A stretch of 64,000 bases of DNA from Candidatus Thermosaccharophagus tengchongensis (GCA_032161105.1 JAVHTD010000016.1); one strand, 5' to 3'; shown: positions 37,322-48,244, counted from the first letter of the stretch. Notes: a model not told the origin generated them from the sequence alone. Made by a program: numbers and translations.

Positions 37322-40300
37322 ATGACGCGGATAAGGGTGTGCCCCATTTTGCTCATTGCCATCCTTGCATGCGCTTCAGCATGCGTATGTCCTGCCAACG
37401 CCTTAGATAAAACCCTCATTGCGTGGTGGCGATTTGAAGACGAGGCGATGCCGGGGAAGGAGGAACTCGGAAAACACCACGCCTCTGCTGTAGGCAAAGT
37501 CAGCATATCAGATGGGCGCATCGGGAAAGCGCTGTGGCTTGATGGTAACGGCTTTCTTGAAGCTGAGCCATCTCCGGAGCTTGACTTGACTGACGCCATC
37601 ACCATTGAGGCTTGGGTTCTTCCGAAGAGGTTTCAGCCCGGCGGGATGCGCATAGTTGACAAGACGACGGTGGGAACAAGCGAGGCTTACATGATTGACA
37701 CCTACCCGGGGTTGTCACTGCGCTTTGTCAGCGAACCATCACATGTGACTGCGAGGGACATTTTAAGCCTCGGTGAGTGGCAACATGTGGCGGCAACATT
37801 TGACGGCAGGCTCGGCATCATCAGGCTGTTCGTCAACGGGAACATGGTTTGCGAGCAGTTCGCAGTGAGGGGCAAATTGACGATAAACAGGAACAGCCTG
37901 CGCATCGGTGCAGACAGCCTCGGTGGGAGTAGGTGGGTTGGAGCAATTGATGAGGTGCGAATTTATTCACGGGCGTTAACACCGCAAGAGATGGCGATGC
38001 GCTATCGCGGCGTTGAGGTGAAGCCGCACACTGAAATTGGCGCAGTTGCTTTGCGCAAGCCGTCAATCTGCTTTCGCAATGGTAAGATGCACATCAACTT
38101 TGAGGGGCTCATCTCAAGGAACGACATCGTTTATCTCTCACCAGCCAAGTTTGAATTTGAGGCGATGCCGATAGGCAATGGGAGGCTTGGCGCTGTCATT
38201 TGGAACGAGGAATTGCTGTCACTCCAACTTGGGCATACGGACTATTATGGCATTGAGTTCCCATCGCTGTGCCGTGTGCACATAACGAGCGAGCCATCAC
38301 CGTGGGCTATGTCACCAAAGGAGTTTGAACAGCGCCTCTCGTTATACGATGGCGAGTTGAAGATGAACGCGAAGCTCAACGACGGCGCCATCTCAGCAGA
38401 AGCATTCGTCGCTGAGGGAATTGATGCAATCATGCTCCGAATTGATGATGCCCGCCGGGCAAAACGCGGCATCATCCTTGAGTTCTGGCGCAAGGATGCC
38501 AAGTGGGTGACCGGTGAGGGATACATTGGCGTATGCGAATCGGTGAGGCACGAACCTGACGAACACTTCAGCAGGAGCATGTGCGTCCTCATCTGCACAT
38601 TTGATGCCATTGCAAAGCCGGAGAGATTGGATGATGAGAGGATGGCACTGCGCATAATCGGCAATGATGCACTCAAGCTTACGATAGCCATCGTTGTCGG
38701 GATAGCCACAGGTGATTCCGATGCGGCATTGCGCGATGCGCTTAAGGCGCTCAACGAGGTCAGAAAAGCCGGCTATGAGAGACTGCGTAGCGGTCATCGG
38801 CGCTACTGGCACTCATTATGGGAGCGCTCATTCGTATACCTCACTGATGACGATGGCATCGCTGACTACCTTGAGAACCTTTGGTGGCTGCACATGTATT
38901 GGATGGCTGCGAGCTCGCGCGGTGAATTCCCGCCAAAGTTTAACGGCGGCATTTTCCTGCTCTCAAGGGACGAGCGCAGTTGGGGCGGCGCATACTGGCA
39001 TCAAAATCAGCGCCAGCTTTCATGGAGCCTTTGGGCTGCCAATCACGCAGAGCTTGTTGAGCCGTTCTTCAGGCTATATGAGCGCATGTTGCCGGCTGCA
39101 ATTCGCAATGCCAAAAAGTTCTTTGGCTGCTCAGGGGCATACTTCCCGGAGACGGTCTTCGCAGATGGCGACCCAAGGGGTTGGCGCAATCAATACACGA
39201 GCCACATTTTGACAGTCGGCTTGGAAGTCGCATTGCAGATGTGGTGGCGATACCGATACATTGGCGATGAGAAGTTCCTCAGAGAGCGCTTTTACCCGTT
39301 TGCAAAGGAGTGTGTGTCATTCTATCTTGACTACCTCAAAAGGGGTGACGATGGAAAGCTCCACATTGAACCGGTGCATGCTCAGGAAAGCTTCTGGCTC
39401 GTCAAAGACGCACATACTGATCTGGTTGCGCTAAGATGGGTCTTGCCATTGCTTATTCAGCTCAGCAGGCGTTACGGCATTGACGGCGATTTGCGAAGCC
39501 GCTGGCATGAGACGCTGGAGCAACTTGCACCACTGCCGTTAAAGGACGATGGGACATTCGCACCAGCTGACATATCCCCAAACCCGCAAAGGCGCAACTG
39601 CGAGAATGTTGAACTATACGGCATCTTCCCATTCGGCATGTTCGGCAAGGGGGCGTCCGATGAAGGGCGAGCTATGCAGACATTCCTGAAACGCCCGATA
39701 AGAGGAATATGCTGCGGATGGAATCCAGCCCCAATACAGGCTGCAAGGTTATGGCTCGCTGATGAGGCTGAGGCTCTGCTGCTCCAACATGCCCGTGAGA
39801 ACCAACTCCTCCCACAAGGCTTTTGGTATAGCCCCGGAGGACGCAAATATGGTGGGTTGCTTCCCGAGATGGGTTACTTTGATTCATCGGGCATGCTCGC
39901 TATGGCGATAAATGAAATGCTCCTTCAGAGCCACACCGGCACAATATTCGTTGCGCCGGCTGTGCCAAAAAGCTGGAGCGCCAAATTCTCGCTAAGGGCA
40001 TTTGATGGCTTCATTGTGTCATCGGAGATCCATAACGGTGAAGTGCTGTATCTCATCGTCAGGAGTGAACTCGGCTCGGAATGCAGGCTTGCAAATCCAT
40101 GGTGGAAAAGCGAGGTTGATGTCAAGCTCATTCAAAGAGAGCAAGCAAAGCCGATTGCCCGCCTGAAGGGTGATGCGCTCAAATTCCCAACTGAGCGCGA
40201 CAAAGCATACATCCTCACACCAGTTGGACGAACGCTCTCTTCCTTTGCGTTTGAGCCGCTCTCGCCGCCGCAAAACAAGGCGCCAAAGTATCCGGGGTTC

Positions 40301-40429
40301 AAATCCATCCCGCCGCCTTGGGAGAGATTCGGTTATCCATCTCAAGCGCACTTTCCGTGCCTTGGCATAGACCGAAACGGGAGATCACCGGCAAGGGATT
40401 TTGTCACGAAGCACACCGAAAGGAAATGA
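37322..40429 (+). CDS. Secreted LamG-domain plus GH95-like (six-hairpin, alpha-L-fucosidase family-like) glycoside hydrolase
   Basis: Signal peptide MTRIRVCPILLIAILACASA. LamG ending WVGAIDEVRIYSRALTPQEM. The GH95/GH65N-type N-terminal motif AMPIGNGRLGAVIWNE follows, then a long alpha-rich region. Confidence 0.7.
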   Translation: MTRIRVCPILLIAILACASACVCPANALDKTLIAWWRFEDEAMPGKEELGKHHASAVGKVSISDGRIGKALWLDGNGFLEAEPSPELDLTDAITIEAWVLPKRFQPGGMRIVDKTTVGTSEAYMIDTYPGLSLRFVSEPSHVTARDILSLGEWQHVAATFDGRLGIIRLFVNGNMVCEQFAVRGKLTINRNSLRIGADSLGGSRWVGAIDEVRIYSRALTPQEMAMRYRGVEVKPHTEIGAVALRKPSICFRNGKMHINFEGLISRNDIVYLSPAKFEFEAMPIGNGRLGAVIWNEELLSLQLGHTDYYGIEFPSLCRVHITSEPSPWAMSPKEFEQRLSLYDGELKMNAKLNDGAISAEAFVAEGIDAIMLRIDDARRAKRGIILEFWRKDAKWVTGEGYIGVCESVRHEPDEHFSRSMCVLICTFDAIAKPERLDDERMALRIIGNDALKLTIAIVVGIATGDSDAALRDALKALNEVRKAGYERLRSGHRRYWHSLWERSFVYLTDDDGIADYLENLWWLHMYWMAASSRGEFPPKFNGGIFLLSRDERSWGGAYWHQNQRQLSWSLWAANHAELVEPFFRLYERMLPAAIRNAKKFFGCSGAYFPETVFADGDPRGWRNQYTSHILTVGLEVALQMWWRYRYIGDEKFLRERFYPFAKECVSFYLDYLKRGDDGKLHIEPVHAQESFWLVKDAHTDLVALRWVLPLLIQLSRRYGIDGDLRSRWHETLEQLAPLPLKDDGTFAPADISPNPQRRNCENVELYGIFPFGMFGKGASDEGRAMQTFLKRPIRGICCGWNPAPIQAARLWLADEAEALLLQHARENQLLPQGFWYSPGGRKYGGLLPEMGYFDSSGMLAMAINEMLLQSHTGTIFVAPAVPKSWSAKFSLRAFDGFIVSSEIHNGEVLYLIVRSELGSECRLANPWWKSEVDVKLIQREQAKPIARLKGDALKFPTERDKAYILTPVGRTLSSFAFEPLSPPQNKAPKYPGFKSIPPPWERFGYPSQAHFPCLGIDRNGRSPARDFVTKHTERK

Positions 40430-40434
40430 AACAG

Positions 40435-41499
40435 TCAAGCCACTTGCCAACCCTGAGGCACATATATCCTCGTGAATTGGTCAATCGCGTATCTGTCCGT
40501 CATGCCAGCGATGTAATCGCACACCGCCCTTGCGAGCTCCTCCCGCGTTGATGGCACTTCGCCTCGGAGCATCGGGACTTCCTCCGGGTGGTTCATGTAG
40601 TAGTCAAACAGCACCTCAATCATGCGCTCCACCTTCTTGATCTCGGCTTTGACCACCCTCTCGTCAAAGTAAACCCTCTCGTATAGGAAATCCTTTAGCT
40701 CATCAAGCGCCTCCCTCACTTCATCGCTCATGCGTATTTCGCCATCATCAAGCCCATTGGAGACGATGTCGCATACAATCCTCGTTATCCGTTCGGAATG
40801 CGTTTCGCCGAGGACCTCCCTGACGACCTTCGGGACATCCTCCAACTTGAGTATGCCAGCCCGTATGGCATCATCAAGGTCGTGATTGACATATGCAATC
40901 CTGTCAGCGATGCGAATCACTTTACCCTCAAGCGTTGATGGCTCTTGTCCACCGTCATCGCCGGATTGAAGGTCAGCCATGCCCTTTGAGTGGTGCAATA
41001 TGCCATCCCTCACCTCCCAAGTCAGATTGAGCCCCTCACCATCACCCTCAAGGACATCCACGACCCTCAAGCTCTGCTCCCAATGCCTGAAATGGGCATT
41101 CGGGTCATAGCTGTTGTAGACCCTGTCAAGCACTTCCTCACCCGCATGCCCGAATGGCGGATGACCCAAATCATGCCCGAGAGCTATAGCCTCGGCAAGG
41201 TCTTCATTCAGGCGCAGCGCGCGGCAGATGGTCCTGCCAATTTGAGCCACCTCAAGCGTGTGCGTCATCCTCGTCCGGTAATGGTCACCACGCGGCGCAA
41301 TGAAGACCTGCGTCTTGTGCATGAGCCTTCTGAAGGCTTTGCTGTGTATGATCCTATCCCTGTCCCTTTGGAAGTCAGTTCGTATTGGGCACTTGGGCTC
41401 CGGGCGATTACGCCCACGACTCAATGCAGCCTTTGCCGCATACTTTGAAAGGTGTTCAAACTCCCATCGCTCCGTAACTTCCCTTGGGCACATCGCCAT
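40435..41499 (-). CDS. dgt: dGTP triphosphohydrolase-like HD-domain protein
   Basis: RTDFQRDRDRIIHSKAFRRLMHKTQVF, YRTRMTHTLEVAQI and LGHDLGHPPFGH. The ORF-track TTG 41541 overlaps glyS. ATG 41499 follows GCGAGGT plus 8 nt. Confidence 0.88.
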   Translation of the reverse strand: MAMCPREVTERWEFEHLSKYAAKAALSRGRNRPEPKCPIRTDFQRDRDRIIHSKAFRRLMHKTQVFIAPRGDHYRTRMTHTLEVAQIGRTICRALRLNEDLAEAIALGHDLGHPPFGHAGEEVLDRVYNSYDPNAHFRHWEQSLRVVDVLEGDGEGLNLTWEVRDGILHHSKGMADLQSGDDGGQEPSTLEGKVIRIADRIAYVNHDLDDAIRAGILKLEDVPKVVREVLGETHSERITRIVCDIVSNGLDDGEIRMSDEVREALDELKDFLYERVYFDERVVKAEIKKVERMIEVLFDYYMNHPEEVPMLRGEVPSTREELARAVCDYIAGMTDRYAIDQFTRIYVPQGWQVA

Positions 41500-41533
41500 G
41501 TCGGTCAACCTCGCATGCCCCCATTGCAGCACC

Positions 41534-43660
41534 TCACACAACGAGTTTTGAAAAGTCAGCTATCTGGAGCAGCACGCCCTCAATCATTTGGAGCAGCGCA
41601 AGCCTGTTTTCCCTCAGCCTGATCTCGGGATGCATGACAAGCACGCCGGTCCCGGGCGCGGTCCCAAAGAAGCCATCAATGGCTTGCCTTAGCTCCGCCA
41701 GCTTGAGGAAGGCTTCCTCGTATGCACCCTCATCCGAGCCACTAAGCCCCTCTGGCAAGCTCTGTCTCACCCTCACGAACTCCTCATAGAGCCTCTTCTC
41801 CGGCAGCTCAGCGAGTAGCCCCTCGTCAAACTCGGCATCCGTCCTATGCTGTGAGAGCATGTTGAGCACCCTCGTAAACGATGTTACAGCCTCGCTGAAG
41901 CCGCTGTAGCTCTTCCTGAGCCTCGTGAGCACCTTTGCCCTGACGAGCACATCGGGCACATCGTCAAATGAGGCAGCCAAGACGGCTTCACGGATGTCAT
42001 GCTCAATCCCCTCATCGGCGAGGAGGGCGTCAATCCTGCCCTTGAAGAATTGCATAAGCGCCGCATGCGTCTCAGACCTGTCACGCTTTAACAAGCCATC
42101 GTCACCGAGGATGCGGAGAGCCCCGTCAATGAGCGCAGAGAGCGGCAAGTGATAACCTTGCGCAAGTATGCTAACGACTGCCATCGCAGCCCTGCGCAAT
42201 CCCACTGGGTCAGCGCTCCCGGTCGGAATAATTTGGCGGTCAAAGCATGCGCAGAGCGTATCCATTCGGTCGGCTATGCCCAAAAGCGCTCCCAGAACGG
42301 TGGATGGCAGCTCATCACCGTAAAAGCGCGGCATATAATGCTCCTTGATTGCGAGCGCCACCGCAGCGGGCTCACCACACCACAGTGCATAGTGGTAACC
42401 CATTATGCCCTGCAGCTCCGTGAACTCCTGAACCATCTTGGTGACCAAATCAGCCTTGCACAGATGCCCAGCCCTGACGGCAAGCGAAGTCAACTCATCA
42501 TCCAAGCACGCCATCTCACAATAGCGCTTCACGAGCCTCTTTAAGCGCATTGCCTTGTCATACATGCTCCCGAGGTCGCTTTGAAACAGCAATCCCTTGA
42601 GGTGCTCAACATAGCTTTCAAGCGGGCGTGCCATGTCCTCCTCAATGAAGAACTTGGCATCGGCGAAGCGTGCTGAGAGCACCCTCTCATAACCCTGCCT
42701 GACCATCTCCAGCCCCTCACTGCCGCCATCACGCACCGCTATGAAGCGCGGCAGCAATCCCCCACTTTCATCGGTCACTGGGAAATAGCGCTGGTGGTGC
42801 ATCATCACCGTCTTGAGCACATCTTCGGGCAGCTCAAGGAAGCACTCATCAAACGCCCCGATGACAGCTGTCGGGTGCTCAGTCATGAATGTGACCTCGC
42901 TAAGAAGCTCATCCGTGATGAAAGCCCTTGCGCCAATCGATTTAGCCAGTCGCTCAACCTGCGCCCTTATCAGCTCCATGCGCTCGTTGTGCTTCACAAT
43001 GACATGCGCCTTATGGAGCGCATCAAAGTAACCTTCAGCGCTGTGGATGATAACTGGGTGCTCGCACAACACCCTATGTCCCCTTGATATGCGGTCGCTT
43101 TGCAGCCCGGCAAGCTCAAACCTTATGACCTCATCTCCAAAGAGCGCCACCAGCCAGCGGATTGGGCGACCAAACTTGAAATTCAAACTCCCCCAACGCA
43201 TCATCTTCGGGAACGAAAGCTTGGCAATGACGGCGGGCAAAAGCTCAGAGAGCACCTCAGAAGTTGCACCGCCACCAATGACCTTTTCGGCGACCACAAA
43301 CGCGCCCCGCTCTGTCTCCTCAATCCTGAGTTCGGTGACCGTGATGCCGTGTGAGCGTGCAAAGCCAATCGCAGCCTTAGTTGGGTTGCCATTCCTGTCA
43401 AAGGCGATGTTGACGGCTGGTCCTCTAACCTTGATGACCTTTTCCCCTTGCATCGGCGATACCGAGGGGCAATAGGCTACAAGGCGCCTCGGCGTGGCAT
43501 AGCATTCCACCTTGGCGTGCTCAATCATAGCCTCACTGAGGGCTTCTTCTAAGAGTGCTTGCAGCTGTTCAACCGCCGGGAGAAGGAAGCGGGCAGGCAT
43601 TTCCTCAGTCCCGATTTCGCAAACGAATGCCCTTGGCTCAAACGAAGCCACCTTGCTCAA
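41534..43660 (-). CDS. glyS: Glycine--tRNA ligase beta subunit
   Basis: FVCEIGTEEMPARF N-terminal motif, about 700 aa, collinear with GlyS. The start is TTG 43660 (a TTGA overlap with the upstream stop) or GTG 43651. Confidence 0.93.
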   Translation of the reverse strand: MSKVASFEPRAFVCEIGTEEMPARFLLPAVEQLQALLEEALSEAMIEHAKVECYATPRRLVAYCPSVSPMQGEKVIKVRGPAVNIAFDRNGNPTKAAIGFARSHGITVTELRIEETERGAFVVAEKVIGGGATSEVLSELLPAVIAKLSFPKMMRWGSLNFKFGRPIRWLVALFGDEVIRFELAGLQSDRISRGHRVLCEHPVIIHSAEGYFDALHKAHVIVKHNERMELIRAQVERLAKSIGARAFITDELLSEVTFMTEHPTAVIGAFDECFLELPEDVLKTVMMHHQRYFPVTDESGGLLPRFIAVRDGGSEGLEMVRQGYERVLSARFADAKFFIEEDMARPLESYVEHLKGLLFQSDLGSMYDKAMRLKRLVKRYCEMACLDDELTSLAVRAGHLCKADLVTKMVQEFTELQGIMGYHYALWCGEPAAVALAIKEHYMPRFYGDELPSTVLGALLGIADRMDTLCACFDRQIIPTGSADPVGLRRAAMAVVSILAQGYHLPLSALIDGALRILGDDGLLKRDRSETHAALMQFFKGRIDALLADEGIEHDIREAVLAASFDDVPDVLVRAKVLTRLRKSYSGFSEAVTSFTRVLNMLSQHRTDAEFDEGLLAELPEKRLYEEFVRVRQSLPEGLSGSDEGAYEEAFLKLAELRQAIDGFFGTAPGTGVLVMHPEIRLRENRLALLQMIEGVLLQIADFSKLVV

Positions 43661-44712
43661 CTCCTTTTCACCTTAGGTTCGTAGTATTGCTCAAAGTGAT
43701 GCATCACTTGCTCCCTCGTTGCCGTGCCCGTTGTGCCGATTTGCTTTATCGTCACCGAAGCAACAAGGTTCCCGATGAAAGCAGCTTCAACGCAGCTCGC
43801 CCCAACGCAAAGTGACGGCACAATCCCTGCAGTGACGCTGTCACCTGCACCAACTATGTCAATTTCGCCGCTCACGGGCACCGCCGGTATGTGTGTAATT
43901 TCCTCGCCCTCCACAACGAGGATGCCCCATTCACCCATCGTCAGAAATACGGTCTTGCCAACACGCTCATATAGCAACTTCCCGATCTCCATAGCATCGC
44001 TTAATCCCATATTCTCACTCCAGCTTTTTCCGACTGCCGCTGCAGCTTCATACCTGTTTGGCTTGACCATCACATTTCTGAACTCACCGATACGCACCCT
44101 TGAGTCGGCATAGAAAACCTTGCTTGGGTTGCGCTCGGAAAGCTCGCACACGGACTCCCTCACCCAATCCGTGACAACGCCGCAATTCCGCTCTTGCACC
44201 TGATCTTGGATGATGACCGCATCAACTTGCGGGAGTAACTCACGCAGCCACTCAATGACTCTTTCCTCAAGCTCGCGCTTCATCGGTTGCCTGTTTTTGA
44301 TATCCTGCCGCTCCATTTCAACCTCCTTGCCGCCCCGCAGCATCATCGGCTTTGTGTATGTTGGAGTGAAGCGCCCTTCATCAACGATGATGTAATCCGT
44401 GATCACCCTGCGCCTCATGAGCTCGCGCGTAAGCTCATACCCTTCGCCATCATCCCCAATGACTGTAAGCGCGTAAATTTTACCCACTCCGAGGGAAGAC
44501 AGGTTGTTGCATATTGTGCCAGCTGCGCCCGGACTGCACCTTTTTCGGACAACCTGATGAGCAGTCAAACCGGTCTCAAGCGATACCTCGCTCAAGCTCG
44601 GATCAATGACGAGGTATTTGTCAAGGAAGAAGTCACCGAGCACGACGACGCTCACATCGCCAAACCTTTCGAGTATTTCTGCAAGCCTCTCCTTCGTCAT
44701 CATGCCCACCAT
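43657..44712 (-). CDS. PfkB-family carbohydrate kinase (RfaE/HldE domain-I-like heptose-7-phosphate kinase type)
   Basis: VVVLGDFFLDKY near the N-terminus. GAAGTICNNLSSLG. C-terminal PfkB signature DIVGAGDSVTAG. The start could be ATG 44703 or 44700. Confidence 0.8.
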   Translation of the reverse strand: MVGMMTKERLAEILERFGDVSVVVLGDFFLDKYLVIDPSLSEVSLETGLTAHQVVRKRCSPGAAGTICNNLSSLGVGKIYALTVIGDDGEGYELTRELMRRRVITDYIIVDEGRFTPTYTKPMMLRGGKEVEMERQDIKNRQPMKRELEERVIEWLRELLPQVDAVIIQDQVQERNCGVVTDWVRESVCELSERNPSKVFYADSRVRIGEFRNVMVKPNRYEAAAAVGKSWSENMGLSDAMEIGKLLYERVGKTVFLTMGEWGILVVEGEEITHIPAVPVSGEIDIVGAGDSVTAGIVPSLCVGASCVEAAFIGNLVASVTIKQIGTTGTATREQVMHHFEQYYEPKVKRS

Positions 44713-46153
44713 CTCTCACTGCATAACTTTGCTTCAATCCAAATGCCAAATCGCACAGCAGAGAACGGTATTGCCGCCTGAACTCCTTTGCCATCTCAAT
44801 CGCGTTTGCTGCATGGCGCTTTCGCGCAGCGCTAAGCATGCTTGAAATTAACCTCCCCATCACTCTCAAGCGCCCGCTGCTCAACTGCTTCACTTTGCCC
44901 CTGAGGGAATTTAAAATCGCCTTTGCCAACTCAAACTCCCTCAGGGCTTGCTGAACTTCAAATTGCATTACGGATGCCCCAACTGCATTCATTTGCCAGT
45001 GCAACTCTTCAACTGATGGCATGTTGGGCGAGATGAACACACTCTCGGCAACATCAAAATCCGGTATGCTCAATGTGATGAGCCCGCTTTTGAAGCGCAC
45101 TTGCAATCTCTTTGGGCTCGGAAAGCGCAATAGGTATGCGCGAGGTGTGCGCCCAAGAGCCCAACCGCTGATCGGGTAACGGAGGGTTAAACCATAACTT
45201 CCAACCGGAAGGCGAAGTTCAGAGCAAGGCAACCATAGCACGGCGCTGAGCACGGCTTCAACATCGCCACTCCCCTTTGTGATAAAGCAACGAGCCCGCA
45301 TGCGCAAATGCTCATCTGTGGGTTTGCCGTTGCGCTCAATCGCAAAATCAAGTATGTCGCTCACCCCACATGCGCCCCGCCAGAATGGCAGCATTATCTT
45401 GGCTTCTGCCGAAGCCACCGATGCAGCCTTAAACAAGTCCTGACGGTGTTCCATCAATTCATCGGCATTGGGCAAAATGACCCCGCAAGCGCTGCCCAAC
45501 ACCGCAGCATATGTGAAAATGCGAAGGTGATCACCGCAGGGGATACAAGCGCTCAACGGCTCAGCACCGCTTGCAAACTGCGCGCCTTCAACCGTTAGAG
45601 CAACCCATAAGCTCACATTGCCAAAGTGACGCTGGGCGAGCTTGAGCACAGCTTCTGGGTCGCCAAATGGCACACTGGTATTCACGCAAATGTGCCTCGG
45701 CTCAATTTGCATGCTTAACTTGCGAATGCCGTTCATGAGGTCGTCATCACTGAAAACCCCCTCGTGCAAGTCCAGCCAAAGCAGCAACACATGCCCTCGC
45801 AAGCGATTCACCAACTGTGTGACTCTTCGGAGGGTGACTTTAAAATCGCCACATTGAGCGCCTCGGAGCATCATTGATACCAGTTTTGCCATCCCGAGGG
45901 CGCTCTCGCAAAGTTGCCCAATGGCTTCCTCACTCGCCAATAGGTCATCTGATGCAACAATCATCGGAATGAGCGATAAACCGAATTCGCCTGCCCAGCT
46001 TTGTAATCGCTTGAGCCTCCTCAAATCCGACCCCGATGAGACCGACATGAGAGCTGTATCAAACCCATGTTTGGCGAGGCTTTCAAGCGCAGCTTCGTTA
46101 ACCGATGATGTTTGAAGTTGCAGCACCACATACGGCAGTTCATCCTTTTGCAT
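44633..46153 (-). CDS. Hypothetical protein (506 aa, no family recognised)
   Basis: Long ORF co-directional with its neighbours, with protein-like composition. Its last ~27 codons overlap the kinase gene. Confidence 0.6.
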   Translation of the reverse strand: MQKDELPYVVLQLQTSSVNEAALESLAKHGFDTALMSVSSGSDLRRLKRLQSWAGEFGLSLIPMIVASDDLLASEEAIGQLCESALGMAKLVSMMLRGAQCGDFKVTLRRVTQLVNRLRGHVLLLWLDLHEGVFSDDDLMNGIRKLSMQIEPRHICVNTSVPFGDPEAVLKLAQRHFGNVSLWVALTVEGAQFASGAEPLSACIPCGDHLRIFTYAAVLGSACGVILPNADELMEHRQDLFKAASVASAEAKIMLPFWRGACGVSDILDFAIERNGKPTDEHLRMRARCFITKGSGDVEAVLSAVLWLPCSELRLPVGSYGLTLRYPISGWALGRTPRAYLLRFPSPKRLQVRFKSGLITLSIPDFDVAESVFISPNMPSVEELHWQMNAVGASVMQFEVQQALREFELAKAILNSLRGKVKQLSSGRLRVMGRLISSMLSAARKRHAANAIEMAKEFRRQYRSLLCDLAFGLKQSYAVRDGGHDDEGEACRNTRKVWRCERRRAR

Positions 46154-46192
46154 TGCTCAGTCCATCTCCACCGGCATTTGGATGCCGAGATG

Positions 46193-48232
46193 TCAATCTG
46201 AACGCTTGCGCATCGCGTCAAAGGCTTCCCAGTCAATCTCGTAAAGCTCCTCTCCCATCTGACTCATCAACTGGTTAAGCAAACCCATTTCAATCGCCCT
46301 GCGCAGCAGACCATTTGGGACACCTTCAGCGGTGAGCGCAAAATAGCGCCTGTTTAAAAGGATATGCGTCACGCCAAGCCTACGATATGCTTCAAACAGC
46401 GCTGCCATTTGATCACTTGAGGAAGCCACACGATCGTAGTCAATGAGCAGATTGTGCCCCGGGTCACCCCACAGGTAATCCCGCTCAAAGTAGTAACAGA
46501 GCGGCTCACCATAGGTTATGATTTTGGCGTCCTTAGGCAGGTGGCGGTTGATGTATTTTGCCGCAACATATGATGGCAATGTGCGTTCAAGGTATTCATC
46601 CTCGCTCATAATCCCAAACACAACTGGCACGGACGGCAGAGACCACGCAAATGAGATCAGCAACGAATACGCGACAGCGATGAGCATCGCAACTTGAGAA
46701 ACTGCCCGCGCTAAAACCCCACGCTCAAACCAATGCGAATACGAGTAGCCGACAATGCCACACAGCATGACTATGCACGGAAGTAAGTAGCGCAAATATT
46801 GCACGCTGTAAAACCATGCCAGAAACCAATATGCGCATATAGCCAAGAGCAATGTGGCATATGAAGAGAGCGGTCTCATCAATGCAACCGTCGGAACGAA
46901 GGCAAGGAATGCCAACCCTATCCCACTTGTCGGGTTTGGGTTAACCTCATACCTGATTGGCTCCCTCCCAGAACGCGTAAAGCCCTTTGGTATGTCGGAG
47001 CGCATCGTTAAGTTCCACGGCGAAAGGAGAAGATGCAGCGGCGTTCGTCTTGTTCCGAATTCAAGTTGATGCCTGCGATATTGCTCCGCCATCTTCTCAT
47101 TCCACCAACGCCCATCAAAGAGCTCGTAGAAGAACGGGAAGAAGGGATTGCCCGTCAGGAGCAAATTCTTGATATACCAAGGGCTCGCCACAATCAGCGC
47201 AATGGCAACCGAGATGAGCGGCTGTGTCACACTTAGCCTTGCCCGCCGTTGCGTTTTCCCAACGACATGCGACAGCGAAGCAATGCACAGAAGCGGCACA
47301 AGGAGCAGAACTCCGGTGTATTTAATCCCCATGCACACTCCGCAAGCCACTGCCGCAAGCGCCAACCATCCAAATGAACGCATTGATAGCCATCGCATGA
47401 GAGCGTGAACGAATAGGAGCACATAAAACGAGAGTGCCATGTCTATGTATGCTGTTGAGGCTTCGGCGAGCGCAATCGGCATTGTGAACAAAGCCCAAGA
47501 GGCAGCCCATGCTGACCTTGTCGGCGACGGCAGCCTTTCATCTGAACCGTTTTGGCTCTCTGAATGCCACAGCTGCAGGGCTATTGAGTTTCCCACACAC
47601 AGCAACAGAAGGGCACACCCGATAAAGAAGGCGAAGTGAATGAGCTTGGCGAGCCCATGACCGCTCAGAGCAAGCCCGACTGTGTAAAGCATCTCGGTTG
47701 TAAACGGAAAGCTCGCATGCGATGTGAAGTGCACGAAGTATATTCGCCCGGCTTTGAGATATAGCTTTGGTATGGCAAGGTGATACGATAGGCTATCCCA
47801 TTCAACGAGCGTTGGCGGGCTAAGCGAACCAACGAGCACACAAAGCAGAGAGAGGATGCAAAGCGCCGTTATGATTCGTTCTATTGGCGATTGAATGCTC
47901 CGAAGCTTCAAAAGGCGCTCCGGGAAAGAGAAGTAAATGTTTGTGATGAGGTGTCGCCATGCCACTTTAAACGATGGCACTGAGAGGAAGAGCATGATGG
48001 CGAGCAATATCAACACCGAAGCTCTGTTTATCCATCCGAGCACACCGACGATGAAAACGCCATTTGCCAACACCGCTAAACCAACACCAATGGCGCACAC
48101 TGCGGCTTCAATCGGGTATGCGAACTTCACGCGCATCAAGGTCAGCACCCTCGCCCCAAAACCGCAACTGATGCAAAGAAGCATTGACAGCAAAAGCAAG
48201 TCCAAGAGATGCCTCGCAATAGCAGTCCACAT
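46193..48232 (-). CDS. GT-C-type polytopic membrane glycosyltransferase-like protein (ArnT/PMT-like)
   Basis: 679 aa. Roughly a dozen hydrophobic segments by eye are followed by a soluble C-terminal domain. The GNPFFPFFYELF loop resembles family-39/83-like proteins. Confidence 0.6.
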   Translation of the reverse strand: MWTAIARHLLDLLLLSMLLCISCGFGARVLTLMRVKFAYPIEAAVCAIGVGLAVLANGVFIVGVLGWINRASVLILLAIMLFLSVPSFKVAWRHLITNIYFSFPERLLKLRSIQSPIERIITALCILSLLCVLVGSLSPPTLVEWDSLSYHLAIPKLYLKAGRIYFVHFTSHASFPFTTEMLYTVGLALSGHGLAKLIHFAFFIGCALLLLCVGNSIALQLWHSESQNGSDERLPSPTRSAWAASWALFTMPIALAEASTAYIDMALSFYVLLFVHALMRWLSMRSFGWLALAAVACGVCMGIKYTGVLLLVPLLCIASLSHVVGKTQRRARLSVTQPLISVAIALIVASPWYIKNLLLTGNPFFPFFYELFDGRWWNEKMAEQYRRHQLEFGTRRTPLHLLLSPWNLTMRSDIPKGFTRSGREPIRYEVNPNPTSGIGLAFLAFVPTVALMRPLSSYATLLLAICAYWFLAWFYSVQYLRYLLPCIVMLCGIVGYSYSHWFERGVLARAVSQVAMLIAVAYSLLISFAWSLPSVPVVFGIMSEDEYLERTLPSYVAAKYINRHLPKDAKIITYGEPLCYYFERDYLWGDPGHNLLIDYDRVASSSDQMAALFEAYRRLGVTHILLNRRYFALTAEGVPNGLLRRAIEMGLLNQLMSQMGEELYEIDWEAFDAMRKRSD

Positions 48233-48244
48233 ATCACAACGCCC

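Noticed and set aside
41500-41541. An apparent 8-nt overlap between glyS and the dGTPase-like gene.
   Set aside because: It depends on a TTG start at 41541 with no SD. ATG 41499 has an SD and a family-typical N-terminus, leaving a 34-nt gap instead.
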